A DNA stretch of 64,000 nucleotides. Origin: a virus. Lineage: Duplodnaviria; Heunggongvirae; Uroviricota; Caudoviricetes. Of the stretch, positions 55,438-64,000 are shown piece by piece. The position numbers and the translations under genes were made by a program. Below the pieces are notes generated by a model that searched no databases, had not been told where the DNA came from, and was given only the letters and a program-made list of their open reading frames with translations. How positions within the stretch are numbered: position 1 is the first letter of the stretch; the number at the start of each line of letters is the position of its first letter. The stretch is from IMG/VR virus record IMGVR_UViG_3300045988_134250; one strand, written 5' to 3'.

Positions 55438-55447
55438 TGTTAGAAAT
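55438..55447 (-). promoter_or_regulatory. TTTTCTAACA motif copy
   Basis: plus ctatgttagaaatttaac. Confidence 0.45.
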
Positions 55448-55464
55448 TTAACTTAACAAGGCGA

Positions 55465-56463
55465 TTACCCCCTTCTGGAAACGAAGAGTAACGGGGTAGT
55501 GTTTTTGTTCTCCTTCGGTGATAACTCTGGTTCTTTCTTGCCTGATACCGGTAAGCCATAAGTAGCATTTGCCCCAAGAGATTCAAGCATCGCAGCCACT
55601 ATGCGGGCATCATCTTCAGACTGCATACGGCAGAGCGCCCGGCGCTGTTCTGCGCTGATAAAAACAGGCATTTCCTGGATAGCTTCACGCAAAATCCGGC
55701 GGTATTGCTTTGCATTTTCCCCCTGGCTTTCCATCATCGCTGTTTGAGCGCGCAGCTTATCTCGAAGCTGTATGTTTTCCACTTCAAGGAGCATCAATTC
55801 TGATTCCAGGGCTTCACGATGTGCAGATTCGAGCATGGCTTGCTGATTTTTCATTGCTGAAAAGTGGTGAACCAGATCCGTAGCAGCGTTATCGGTAAAA
55901 CCTTGTTCGATAAGTGCTGCATGAATAGCCGCATCGCGCTCTTCTGCTGATTCAAGCATCAGGCTTTTCTTGTCGAGGCTGATATAGTTAGGCACAGTTA
56001 CGTAATCAAAGCCGTGGAAAGACTTTACCAGGGATACCGATGAATCTGGACCAGATGTAGCCCACGACCAACCACCAGCACCAGAATTAATCATGCCCTG
56101 AACAATACGCCCGGTGTCTGTATCCAGTATTTCCTGCGTATGAGTAACAATGCCGTTGTCGTCAATCGAAATGTCGATAGTCCTGTTTGACGGCACGTTC
56201 TCCAATACAACAGGCTTCCCATCTACCATCACAACAGAGACTTCCGGCAAGTTCAGGCTTTTCGTTTTGTTATAGTGCATCGCCCGGCGACCATGACCGT
56301 AATAACCATACATCTCACCCAGCGCGATACGCTCTTTTGTTTCTGGCGAGTTGAATGTGTCTCGTACCGACTGAATGACGTAATTTCGGTTGTTCTGCGG
56401 TGTGTGTTTGCGGATTTTCTCTACCAGGGAGAAGCGATCCGTAACAGTATTCAGTGATTGCAT
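55465..56463 (-). CDS. Candidate head maturation protease/scaffold-like protein
   Basis: 332 aa; follows portal-like gene; C-terminal coiled coil; assignment by gene order only. Confidence 0.35.
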   Translation of the reverse strand: MQSLNTVTDRFSLVEKIRKHTPQNNRNYVIQSVRDTFNSPETKERIALGEMYGYYGHGRRAMHYNKTKSLNLPEVSVVMVDGKPVVLENVPSNRTIDISIDDNGIVTHTQEILDTDTGRIVQGMINSGAGGWSWATSGPDSSVSLVKSFHGFDYVTVPNYISLDKKSLMLESAEERDAAIHAALIEQGFTDNAATDLVHHFSAMKNQQAMLESAHREALESELMLLEVENIQLRDKLRAQTAMMESQGENAKQYRRILREAIQEMPVFISAEQRRALCRMQSEDDARIVAAMLESLGANATYGLPVSGKKEPELSPKENKNTTPLLFVSRRG

Positions 56464-56476
56464 TATTTCCCTCCGG

Positions 56477-58159
56477 TTAATTGCTCATCACAAATTTTGC
56501 AAAGTTTATTAACTGTTCTGGCGTCCAGTTTTCCGGATCGTCACCGGACGACAACGGCGCGGATTCGTACATACCATGCTCGTTGTTTTGCTCTGATTCA
56601 TTCGCCTTAAACTCTTTGATCATGGTGTTGAGAGTGTCATCGTCGATGTGCAACTGCTCAGTGAACAGATAACGCATAAACGCGTCGCTACCAGCCAGTT
56701 TCGGGTTGTTCTGGATCTGGTCCATAATTTGGGAGATGACAGCAACAAAGTTGGCGCGTGCATCCAGTTCTCGGTTTTCCTCTTCCTGGATAGCTGTGTT
56801 CATTGAGTTGAATTGCACGTCATAAGGGCGGTTTGTTTCGGTGTAAACCTTGCCGTATTTATAAGCGAGGTGAATGTCCAGAAGCCGATAAATAGTTCGC
56901 TGGGCGGCCTGTCTGATCCAGTTCGCACGCAATGCAGCCTGGATAGCAGTTTGCTGCCAGCCGCCTTCTCCAAGCCCTCCGCTCATCTGATCAGCCCAGC
57001 CAAGCATTGTTGCGTCAATGCCGAGGCTTGCAGCAAGCTGCCGGAGGTGAAACATAACGTCTTCGATACCACTGATATCTGCGGGTATGGATTGCGTATC
57101 AATGGTGATGCCGTTCTTCCCGTCTCCCATAACAGGTATCAGATGGTTAAGCACAGTCGGAATAGCGTTGGCATTAATCGACCTTTGCGCCACCAGGTCA
57201 CTATGACGCTTCAATGCCTGGCTGACGCCACGCGTATAGTTCGCCGCATTAACCGGGTCCAGTGTGTTCGTCGTAAGAGCAATCAGGCGGTCAATTTTGG
57301 CTGCATTATTTCGCGTTGATTTCAGCGCGGCGAGCGAAGCACATAAATTAAGGTAAGGTTCATAGCTGTATTCCAGGAATGAAGTTCCGTAATTCTGCGT
57401 CTCCATTAACGGCTTATCAGCCTGATCACTTAACAGTGAGTACCCTTTTGTGCCGTAGCTAACCGGAATAACTTTATGCTGTGGCGTCCAATAGGGATTT
57501 TTCATGGAAACCAGATTCCACGGTTCGGTTATTACTCTGCGCAAACTATGCGTATCCAGAATGTAATCACCACTGAAACCTACCAGCTGGCTACCACGAT
57601 AAAACTCCTGGACGAAGTGTGGCAGAGTGTAATAACTGGACTCAATGCCTGTTATCCCCCTGCCCTGTTCAGCATAAGGTCGGACATAAGACACCCCAAA
57701 GATCGCCATAATCATGGCCCATGAAGGAAGTCCGTCATTAATCATCGTCCCCAAATCAGCGGTTAACTCTTCACATCTACTTACTGCCTCGGCATCGGAA
57801 CCATCCTTTGGCGAAAGGATGAATGCTTGTCCGGTTTTTTTTGAAGGCGCAAGCGCATGTGCAATGTGAATATTTAAAGCCGTCGAGATAGTCGGGCTTT
57901 TAGCCATCGTTTCCAGGATGTTGTACTTTTGCAGGCGGTCGCCGGGCAGTTCTGCCGAAATTGATACTGTATCTGCCGCGCTTGTCATGCCATCGCTATT
58001 GCCACCCAGTATCCCCGGACGTAAAGCGGACAGACCAGAACGCGCAACGACACTATGACCGCTCGTAAAAACGACCGGATCGGCAGGCGTGACATCGCCA
58101 CTGTTGAAGGCTTTCTTCAATGCCGACAGAAAGCCTTTGTTTTTGTCTTTCGTTGCCAT
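56477..58159 (-). CDS. Candidate portal protein
   Basis: 560-aa ORF, size and position (upstream of protease-like gene) fit a portal; no motif confirmation. Confidence 0.35.
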   Translation of the reverse strand: MATKDKNKGFLSALKKAFNSGDVTPADPVVFTSGHSVVARSGLSALRPGILGGNSDGMTSAADTVSISAELPGDRLQKYNILETMAKSPTISTALNIHIAHALAPSKKTGQAFILSPKDGSDAEAVSRCEELTADLGTMINDGLPSWAMIMAIFGVSYVRPYAEQGRGITGIESSYYTLPHFVQEFYRGSQLVGFSGDYILDTHSLRRVITEPWNLVSMKNPYWTPQHKVIPVSYGTKGYSLLSDQADKPLMETQNYGTSFLEYSYEPYLNLCASLAALKSTRNNAAKIDRLIALTTNTLDPVNAANYTRGVSQALKRHSDLVAQRSINANAIPTVLNHLIPVMGDGKNGITIDTQSIPADISGIEDVMFHLRQLAASLGIDATMLGWADQMSGGLGEGGWQQTAIQAALRANWIRQAAQRTIYRLLDIHLAYKYGKVYTETNRPYDVQFNSMNTAIQEEENRELDARANFVAVISQIMDQIQNNPKLAGSDAFMRYLFTEQLHIDDDTLNTMIKEFKANESEQNNEHGMYESAPLSSGDDPENWTPEQLINFAKFVMSN

Positions 58160-58291
58160 GAGTCACCGCGAAATGTTTTCAGTTTGCGGCAGCATAATCA
58201 GTATGTGATTTTTGATGATGGATCTTTTCAACTAGAAATATTGGCTGGCCCCTCTCGTAACAAAGTGAAGAATAAAACTTGAATATGCACA

Positions 58292-58645
58292 TTGTGCGCA
58301 TTAAGATTGAAAAAGTTGACCACTTTGCTGCGGAGAAATCCCATGAAAAGCTCTTTAATTAATTCCAAATTACACCAACTTGCTATCAAAAATCGAGTTC
58401 CTGCATGGTCGGTTTACATGCATATCAGCCGCGCATGTCTGAGCAATGAAAACATTTACAATCTGCAAATTCTAAGCCGGGAAGGCAGGACTTTGTTTAG
58501 CGTTGCAGAGGATTCCTATAAGGCCTGGGATATGCTGGATGACGCGTTAAGCCAATACGCGCAAACAGAAGAATGCCAAAAAGAATGGGCCAGGTACTGT
58601 GATGAAGGGATGCCATGCTGCGGTCTATTCGGCGCAGCTCTGTGA
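58292..58645 (+). CDS. Hypothetical protein
   Basis: 117-aa ORF (start probably internal at MKSSLINS), upstream of HTH gene. Confidence 0.35.
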   Translation: MCALRLKKLTTLLRRNPMKSSLINSKLHQLAIKNRVPAWSVYMHISRACLSNENIYNLQILSREGRTLFSVAEDSYKAWDMLDDALSQYAQTEECQKEWARYCDEGMPCCGLFGAAL

Positions 58646-58657
58646 ATCGATTCAACG

Positions 58658-58921
58658 ATGATATACTTCGTTGCGAATCACAGCATTGGCAAAGGGCATA
58701 TTGTGAAACAACTCCCACCAAACACCCCGGAAACTATAATTGAAATCCGCCAGCGAATGGGGCTAACGCAAACGGAGTTAGCCCACAAAATGGGGTATCA
58801 ACTCCGGGCTTGGCAATTCAAAGAAGATAGAAATAAACCGAGACGCCTTATGGCTGGTGAATTTGAGTACCTGTTATTGCTTGCTGGAGAGCATCCTGAA
58901 TTTATTCTTACACCACGCTAA
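58658..58921 (+). CDS. XRE-family HTH regulator
   Basis: 87 aa; IRQRMGLTQTELAHKMGYQLRAWQ. Confidence 0.5.
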   Translation: MIYFVANHSIGKGHIVKQLPPNTPETIIEIRQRMGLTQTELAHKMGYQLRAWQFKEDRNKPRRLMAGEFEYLLLLAGEHPEFILTPR

Positions 58922-58955
58922 AAAAACCCGCCTGACGGCGGGATTATCAATCATA

Positions 58956-59249
58956 TCAATTCACATCAATGTCTTGATATGATTCGCCAGTATCGTCTTC
59001 GTCGTCAGGATCTCCTTCCACCTCTGGCCACTCAACCTCCCAGCCAACAGTTTCCAGGCTCCGCAGAACAAACACCCCATCGGCATGAATGGTATTCACG
59101 ATCCCCATTGCGGAATTTGTGTTGATAAAGCGTAAATCTTGCGCAATATTTTCTTCCGAAATATCGCCTTCAAATATACGCAATGTGCCGTCATCAGAGC
59201 ATTCAACAATCCCTCTAATCCCAGCGGGACTCACAATGCTATACTTCAT
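58956..59249 (-). CDS. Hypothetical acidic protein
   Basis: 97 aa, D/E-rich C-terminus; overlaps upstream gene by 11 nt. Confidence 0.4.
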   Translation of the reverse strand: MKYSIVSPAGIRGIVECSDDGTLRIFEGDISEENIAQDLRFINTNSAMGIVNTIHADGVFVLRSLETVGWEVEWPEVEGDPDDEDDTGESYQDIDVN

Positions 59250-62200
59250 TTTGCAACTCCTTCATACATCCCAAGAAAAATTCCAGCACGCCGTCATTGT
59301 TTAATACAGAGTTAGTCGCCTGCTCCGGATCGGCATACATCTGCAAGGCCATAGAAAAAATCTCAGTCGCCCTGCAATTGCTTAATGCAGGTGGCTTTGA
59401 TATAAATCTGCCGCTGACAGAACTTACCGTATTTTCCATATAAATTTTAGACATATATCCATGACTTAGGTCGGTTCGCACCAAATACTCAGCACTGCCA
59501 CGGCTACCAATATTATGATAAGAAACTTTACCGTTAGTTTTTGATTTAATGAAGGCTTTGGCCCTCTCCAATAGATGGGGATTTGAATGTTCTATATGGT
59601 GACCTATTTCATGCCATAATACACGCTCGTGATCACTATTAGCATCAATTGTTATATTCCCATTTCGACTTGCAAAAGCACGAACATTGTTCTTGTGGTT
59701 AATATTTTTTAATGTAGATAAAGTCCCTCCTGAAATAATATAGGCTTTTTCAATCGTCTCGCGAATACTGTATGCTTTACGGGAGAAAGTTTCATTATCG
59801 TGACCACTTAACTGCTCTGCTTCATCAGAAATAGCAATCCCACGACTCCATTCCTTAGACTGGTCATGTGACACATTTGACGATTCAAGAATCATGTCAA
59901 ATGCGGCTCTGACTTTTTTATGTACTACATTTTCAAGCGCATTAGGATAGGCTTTTTGTCCACGTGTTAATGAAGCTATTTCATATAGTTCTGCTTGCAA
60001 GTCTTCCGGTATGTCCAGATTAAAAACAAGCATTTTTTTCAGATCATATCCAATCCCATGATCATTCTGGTGCAAAACCTCAGCAAGGTAGTCAGTGAGT
60101 TTTTCCTTATTTGACCTAACTTTATTGATTTGTTCTATAGTAAAGTCAACACGCTCCTTGATTCCGTAATATGAGGAATGCTCTGCTAATTCCACTATCT
60201 CCTTAAGCCTGACAAGTGTCTCAATATACGCATCAGCGATCTCCTCTGCCGTTAGTTCAGAGCTAACTCCGACACTGGCTGTTATTTTCCTACCAGCCGC
60301 CATAATATCGTCGATATTATGCAAGCTCTTTTTGAATAACTTCAAAGTATTTTGGATTATGCACACCATCTCTTCTGCGCTTCCAGCTTTATTCATTTCC
60401 TTTCTAAATCTTAAAGCTGTTTTCTCTGCAATAGACGCTGGAGATTTTAAATAGTTACCTAACCAAACAAGACAACCATTGCGCAATTCATCAATACTAA
60501 AGTCATCAGGAATATGTTTTGCTGCATTATGTAAAACACGTATAAATTGTTCAGCGGGCACGCCTTCTTCTGATATGTTGCAAAACGTTTCAATATCACA
60601 ATCAATATTTCTTTCATCTGCGAGCGAAGGAGCTTCATCTCCTTTTTCAATCGCGTCACGCAGTGCGTTAGCATAAAAATTGCTGCGTTGATAAGACAAT
60701 AACATCGTTGTTAACACAGCGTCGCTGTATCCATAACGTTTAGCCCACTCCTTAATCTCATTAACGGTGACATTGCGAATATAAAAACCAAGTTCCAAAA
60801 ATACATTGCGCTTTATTTTTTTTGCGGACTCCTTAATTTTTTCTGACACCTTCACGATTCGGATCAAGTCCTCCACGCTGGTCGCATCAGCAATTAGCTT
60901 TGAAATGTATGGTTCGACCTCTCCTGAAACCGATTCAAACATGGCGAAATTAAGCCCTTTACCTTCGCCATACTCAGCCTCAATTTCATCAGAAACGGCA
61001 GATAAAATGCTACGCAGATCGACATCTCCGCCGCCGAACATATCGCCTAACGCTTGTTGCTGGTGAATAAGTTCATCGTTAATTTTTTGCGCCAGTTTCT
61101 TGAAAGCTGCCCCCATTCGCTTAGCGCTTCGGTTGTTGGCAACAATAAACAGAGCAAGCGCTTCTGCTTCCGGAGTGCTATCTCCAAACAATCCACGCTG
61201 TGCGATCACCTCTTCTACTGCCTGACCGTTATCTTTTGCTTCACGAACAAGGTTAATTGCTTCCTGTAGCGCGGCAATAGCCTGTTTATCCAGACCATTC
61301 AATTGCTCTATACCGTCTACCAGTCCGGTTACCGTGTCATGGTGAACATCACCTGAAAGCGACTGCATTTGCGCAAAATCGCTGGCTGCCGTATTTAATG
61401 CGGTAAGAATGTTACGCATTTCCGGATCTGGCTCTTCCGCCACCAGCCGAACAAGCCTTTCATCCTTGTACGCTTTGGCAAAAATTGCATTCTGGATGCG
61501 GTCGATAAGTTGTTTCGTTGGACGCCCATCGGCAGTAAGCAAACCTGCCGTCGCCGTATCACCTATTTCGCGCAAAAACGCACGAATAAACGCATCATTG
61601 GACCGCGCCAGTAGATTTCCATCATCTGAAGGATTAAATAGCGCCATGACGCTCTCAGTGAGAAATTGCGCATCCGCATACGCTTTTTCACTTGCAGCCA
61701 TCTCTTGCAGATCGCTGATGTTTGAATCGCGGGCAAATTGTGCGCGGTCTACATCTGTGAGTCTTTCTCGCACCAATACGGGCATAGACATTTGTGAAAT
61801 GTCGTCAGGATTCAGACCAAACTCTTTTGCATGATCGATCAGGTACTGGCGATATTCATCCGCCTGCCCTTGCTCATAGGCACGCCAGATACCCATGCTC
61901 CTTCCGTTGCCGGATTCAACAACGTTGTCCGGACCAACTATCGGCGCTCCGTGGCTGCTCATGCCGGAATCCGTTAATTGTGCCGGGCGTAAATTGGAGG
62001 CAATACGGTTAACCTGGAGTTTGCTTGATAGCCGTGTACGGTCACGTGGCTGGAGTTCTTCCGGGAAGGCCGGATTAATCGTACCGTCAAGGTTGTTCGA
62101 AATGATCAGACTGCTGGCATCAACGACCTTAAAAGCCGTCTTTACCTCTGCCCCTTTACTGGTGACTACGTAACTACTGCGCCCCTGGCGTGTTTCTCGC

Positions 62201-62280
62201 CTCTCTAATGAAGAAACCAGCGCAATAACACTGTTAATGTCTGCTGCTTCGGATAGCGCGGAAGTAACTGACTTGTTCAA
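59239..62280 (-). CDS. Large virion-associated-type protein with C-terminal HExxH zinc-metallopeptidase motif (DdrB-like by size and context)
   Basis: 1013 aa; HEIGHH near C-terminus; in operon with small and mid-size upstream genes, resembling the P1 dar/ddr operon layout. Confidence 0.45.
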   Translation of the reverse strand: MNKSVTSALSEAADINSVIALVSSLERRETRQGRSSYVVTSKGAEVKTAFKVVDASSLIISNNLDGTINPAFPEELQPRDRTRLSSKLQVNRIASNLRPAQLTDSGMSSHGAPIVGPDNVVESGNGRSMGIWRAYEQGQADEYRQYLIDHAKEFGLNPDDISQMSMPVLVRERLTDVDRAQFARDSNISDLQEMAASEKAYADAQFLTESVMALFNPSDDGNLLARSNDAFIRAFLREIGDTATAGLLTADGRPTKQLIDRIQNAIFAKAYKDERLVRLVAEEPDPEMRNILTALNTAASDFAQMQSLSGDVHHDTVTGLVDGIEQLNGLDKQAIAALQEAINLVREAKDNGQAVEEVIAQRGLFGDSTPEAEALALFIVANNRSAKRMGAAFKKLAQKINDELIHQQQALGDMFGGGDVDLRSILSAVSDEIEAEYGEGKGLNFAMFESVSGEVEPYISKLIADATSVEDLIRIVKVSEKIKESAKKIKRNVFLELGFYIRNVTVNEIKEWAKRYGYSDAVLTTMLLSYQRSNFYANALRDAIEKGDEAPSLADERNIDCDIETFCNISEEGVPAEQFIRVLHNAAKHIPDDFSIDELRNGCLVWLGNYLKSPASIAEKTALRFRKEMNKAGSAEEMVCIIQNTLKLFKKSLHNIDDIMAAGRKITASVGVSSELTAEEIADAYIETLVRLKEIVELAEHSSYYGIKERVDFTIEQINKVRSNKEKLTDYLAEVLHQNDHGIGYDLKKMLVFNLDIPEDLQAELYEIASLTRGQKAYPNALENVVHKKVRAAFDMILESSNVSHDQSKEWSRGIAISDEAEQLSGHDNETFSRKAYSIRETIEKAYIISGGTLSTLKNINHKNNVRAFASRNGNITIDANSDHERVLWHEIGHHIEHSNPHLLERAKAFIKSKTNGKVSYHNIGSRGSAEYLVRTDLSHGYMSKIYMENTVSSVSGRFISKPPALSNCRATEIFSMALQMYADPEQATNSVLNNDGVLEFFLGCMKELQNEV

Positions 62281-62373
62281 AATACACTCCCCTTACATAG
62301 AAAGCAGGAAGTGTAAAAAGTGTGTGATTTATGGACTTACAGGAAAGTGAAAGGGGCATTTCAGCCCCTTTGA

Positions 62374-62742
62374 TTACCCTGCATAACCGTTGGCTTTCAC
62401 CCAGCTTATGGTCTGCTCTTTTGCCTGTTCCAACGTAAGGAACTCGCCAACATAGTTTGAGATCCCACGCAGCGCATCAATAAATTCCATTTGTGTGGAC
62501 TTTGTGAACACACCGCCCAGGAAGTCAGTCACTATCTTAGGAACTTCATCTACAACAGGATCAGTCTGTTGTTGCGGTTCCGCTGCCGGTTGCGCGGCAG
62601 TCCCCAAGCCCAATTTCAGCATCACATCAACAATCTGCTTACCAATGGTGACGCGTTGCAATACTGGCGCCGTTTTCTGCGCCTGCATTAGATCTGATAG
62701 CTCTTTACCTAATTTCAGGCGGTCTAAAACAGAGATGGTCAT
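62374..62742 (-). CDS. Hypothetical protein (DdrA-like by position)
   Basis: 122-aa ORF between the 407-aa and 1013-aa genes. Confidence 0.4.
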   Translation of the reverse strand: MTISVLDRLKLGKELSDLMQAQKTAPVLQRVTIGKQIVDVMLKLGLGTAAQPAAEPQQQTDPVVDEVPKIVTDFLGGVFTKSTQMEFIDALRGISNYVGEFLTLEQAKEQTISWVKANGYAG

Positions 62743-63965
62743 TAAGCACCTCCCTGCTGAATTTCAGCCAGAATGTTGATCAGGTAGTCAACTGCTGCAC
62801 CAACAGTGGCTTCGTTCTCGTCGTATCGACCTGCGCTGATTAGAGCGTTTGCTGCTTCCTGCACATGATCAAGTTCAGCACTGATGACCGTCAGATCGCG
62901 GGATGTAAACTGCTCCGGCACGGATTTCAGGTACTCCAGTGCTTTATCTGCCTCCTGATCAGCTTCACTTGCTGATTCACCAGCTTCTTCTGGCTCCGGC
63001 TCCTGTTCTGGTGCTGGTTGTGGTTGTGATTCCGGCTCAACCACATGCTCTGTTTTTACTTCGCTTGAATGATTTTGAAGGGCGTTATACACGTCCATAA
63101 TGAAAAGGTTCTCCCCATCACCAAGTGGATACGCCACGTTTGGAAACGCTTTGCGGAAAAGAATTTTCACTTGCGCCTTGAATGTTTTCAGGTCACTGCC
63201 AAACAGGTCTACATAGCCATCAATATGTTTCGACATGCTGGACACAACCAATTGGCCTGCAAAATCTTTCAGCTCATCTTCATCAGGAAGATAGAGCAAC
63301 TCGTACTGGCTGACTTCTTCATCTGTCAGTTTACGGTCATACGTAATGATACCGTGACGAGCATATTCGTAATACTGATCAGCCTGGTCAGGACGATCAA
63401 GCACGGCTTTATTTCCATCCGGCACAGCACCAACACCAGCCGGGCGAGATTGAAGTGCATAGTGGTATTTACCTACATCCTGGCTCTCTGGTTGTGATAC
63501 TGGGTTCGTCTCGGGGTCTGTCTGTGGTGGTTCGGGGTCTTCCTGCTGGCCTGGTAACACATCAACTTTATATTTATCTGCGTTATGCTCTCGGTAGGCT
63601 TTAAGTAATTTGGTTGCAGCATCTGCCAAACTGCCTCCTTTGACAGCACTGGCATCAATACTGAATTTACCTTCAGGTGCTACTATCGTAACGAAATTGT
63701 CACTGCCGGACGTGATATAATTAACTTCAGCGCCATTATCCAGCACTGTTTTTCCGTCAATGGCAAGATTATGTTTTACATGTCGCAGCTGGTCACTAAA
63801 CGCTCGTTCCTTCGTTTTTTCACCTTTAGCAGACAACAATTTATCGCGTTTTTCTTGTAATTCCTCGTTGATGGCTTTCTGGGCATCAAGTTTTTTTTGC
63901 ATCTCCGTAAGAGCAGCACGCTTTTCAGTCAGCCCACGTTGCGCAACGTCCACCTGATCAATCAT
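62742..63965 (-). CDS. Hypothetical protein (DarA-like by position); 5' end may extend beyond window
   Basis: 407 aa from ATG 63965; reading frame stays open upstream to the window edge. Confidence 0.4.
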   Translation of the reverse strand: MIDQVDVAQRGLTEKRAALTEMQKKLDAQKAINEELQEKRDKLLSAKGEKTKERAFSDQLRHVKHNLAIDGKTVLDNGAEVNYITSGSDNFVTIVAPEGKFSIDASAVKGGSLADAATKLLKAYREHNADKYKVDVLPGQQEDPEPPQTDPETNPVSQPESQDVGKYHYALQSRPAGVGAVPDGNKAVLDRPDQADQYYEYARHGIITYDRKLTDEEVSQYELLYLPDEDELKDFAGQLVVSSMSKHIDGYVDLFGSDLKTFKAQVKILFRKAFPNVAYPLGDGENLFIMDVYNALQNHSSEVKTEHVVEPESQPQPAPEQEPEPEEAGESASEADQEADKALEYLKSVPEQFTSRDLTVISAELDHVQEAANALISAGRYDENEATVGAAVDYLINILAEIQQGGA

Positions 63966-64000
63966 TATTGACCGTTCTTCTGCCAGTTTATCTGCTTCAT

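Noticed and set aside
63966-64000. Partial upstream minus-strand gene ending in TAATG overlap with the 407-aa gene
   Set aside because: Only 35 bp available; the frame of the 407-aa ORF is also open to the window edge, so the two readings cannot be distinguished.
1-64000. CRISPR arrays, IS elements, integrons
   Set aside because: No evenly spaced short direct repeats, no transposase-like ORF with terminal inverted repeats, and no attC/intI features were seen by eye.

Overview
Nearly the whole 64-kb window is a P1-family plasmid-prophage segment, most likely phage D6 or a close relative. All calls are by-eye motif recognition against remembered sequences; no search or alignment tool was run. 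Anchors: a Cre-like recombinase matching Dre as I recall it, 150 bp from a perfect 32-bp rox site (33431-33462); Phd/Doc; a LexA-boxed humD (UmuD'-like); a PacA/PacB terminase pair with a GATC-rich candidate pac site; a 2278-aa DarB-like methyltransferase-helicase; a bifunctional C5-cytosine/N6-adenine DNA methyltransferase beside an RdgC homolog; a lambda-PPase-like phosphatase; and five minus-strand tRNA genes (Ile2-CAU, Ser-UGA, Thr-UGU, Tyr-GUA, Asn-GUU). The left edge (7-198) is a GlnS-like C-terminal fragment with a terminator. I could not pin down one clearly novel system; the strongest candidates not explained by the conserved backbone are: (1) a 10-12 bp motif TTTTCTAACA(C/T)A in at least 14 copies at operon heads, a candidate C1-type operator regulon; (2) two separate c4/icd/ant-type immI-like modules, one with Ant split into two coupled ORFs; (3) a HigB/HigA pair followed by an extra HigA-type gene and an AT-rich membrane coiled-coil gene; (4) a Walker-A/B-defective, nuclease-less paralog of the large terminase; (5) two DUF2829 (Tad2-like) domain proteins; (6) paralogous gene families sharing DNA repeats; (7) a 1.2-kb ORF-poor, stem-loop-rich region beside the tRNA array.
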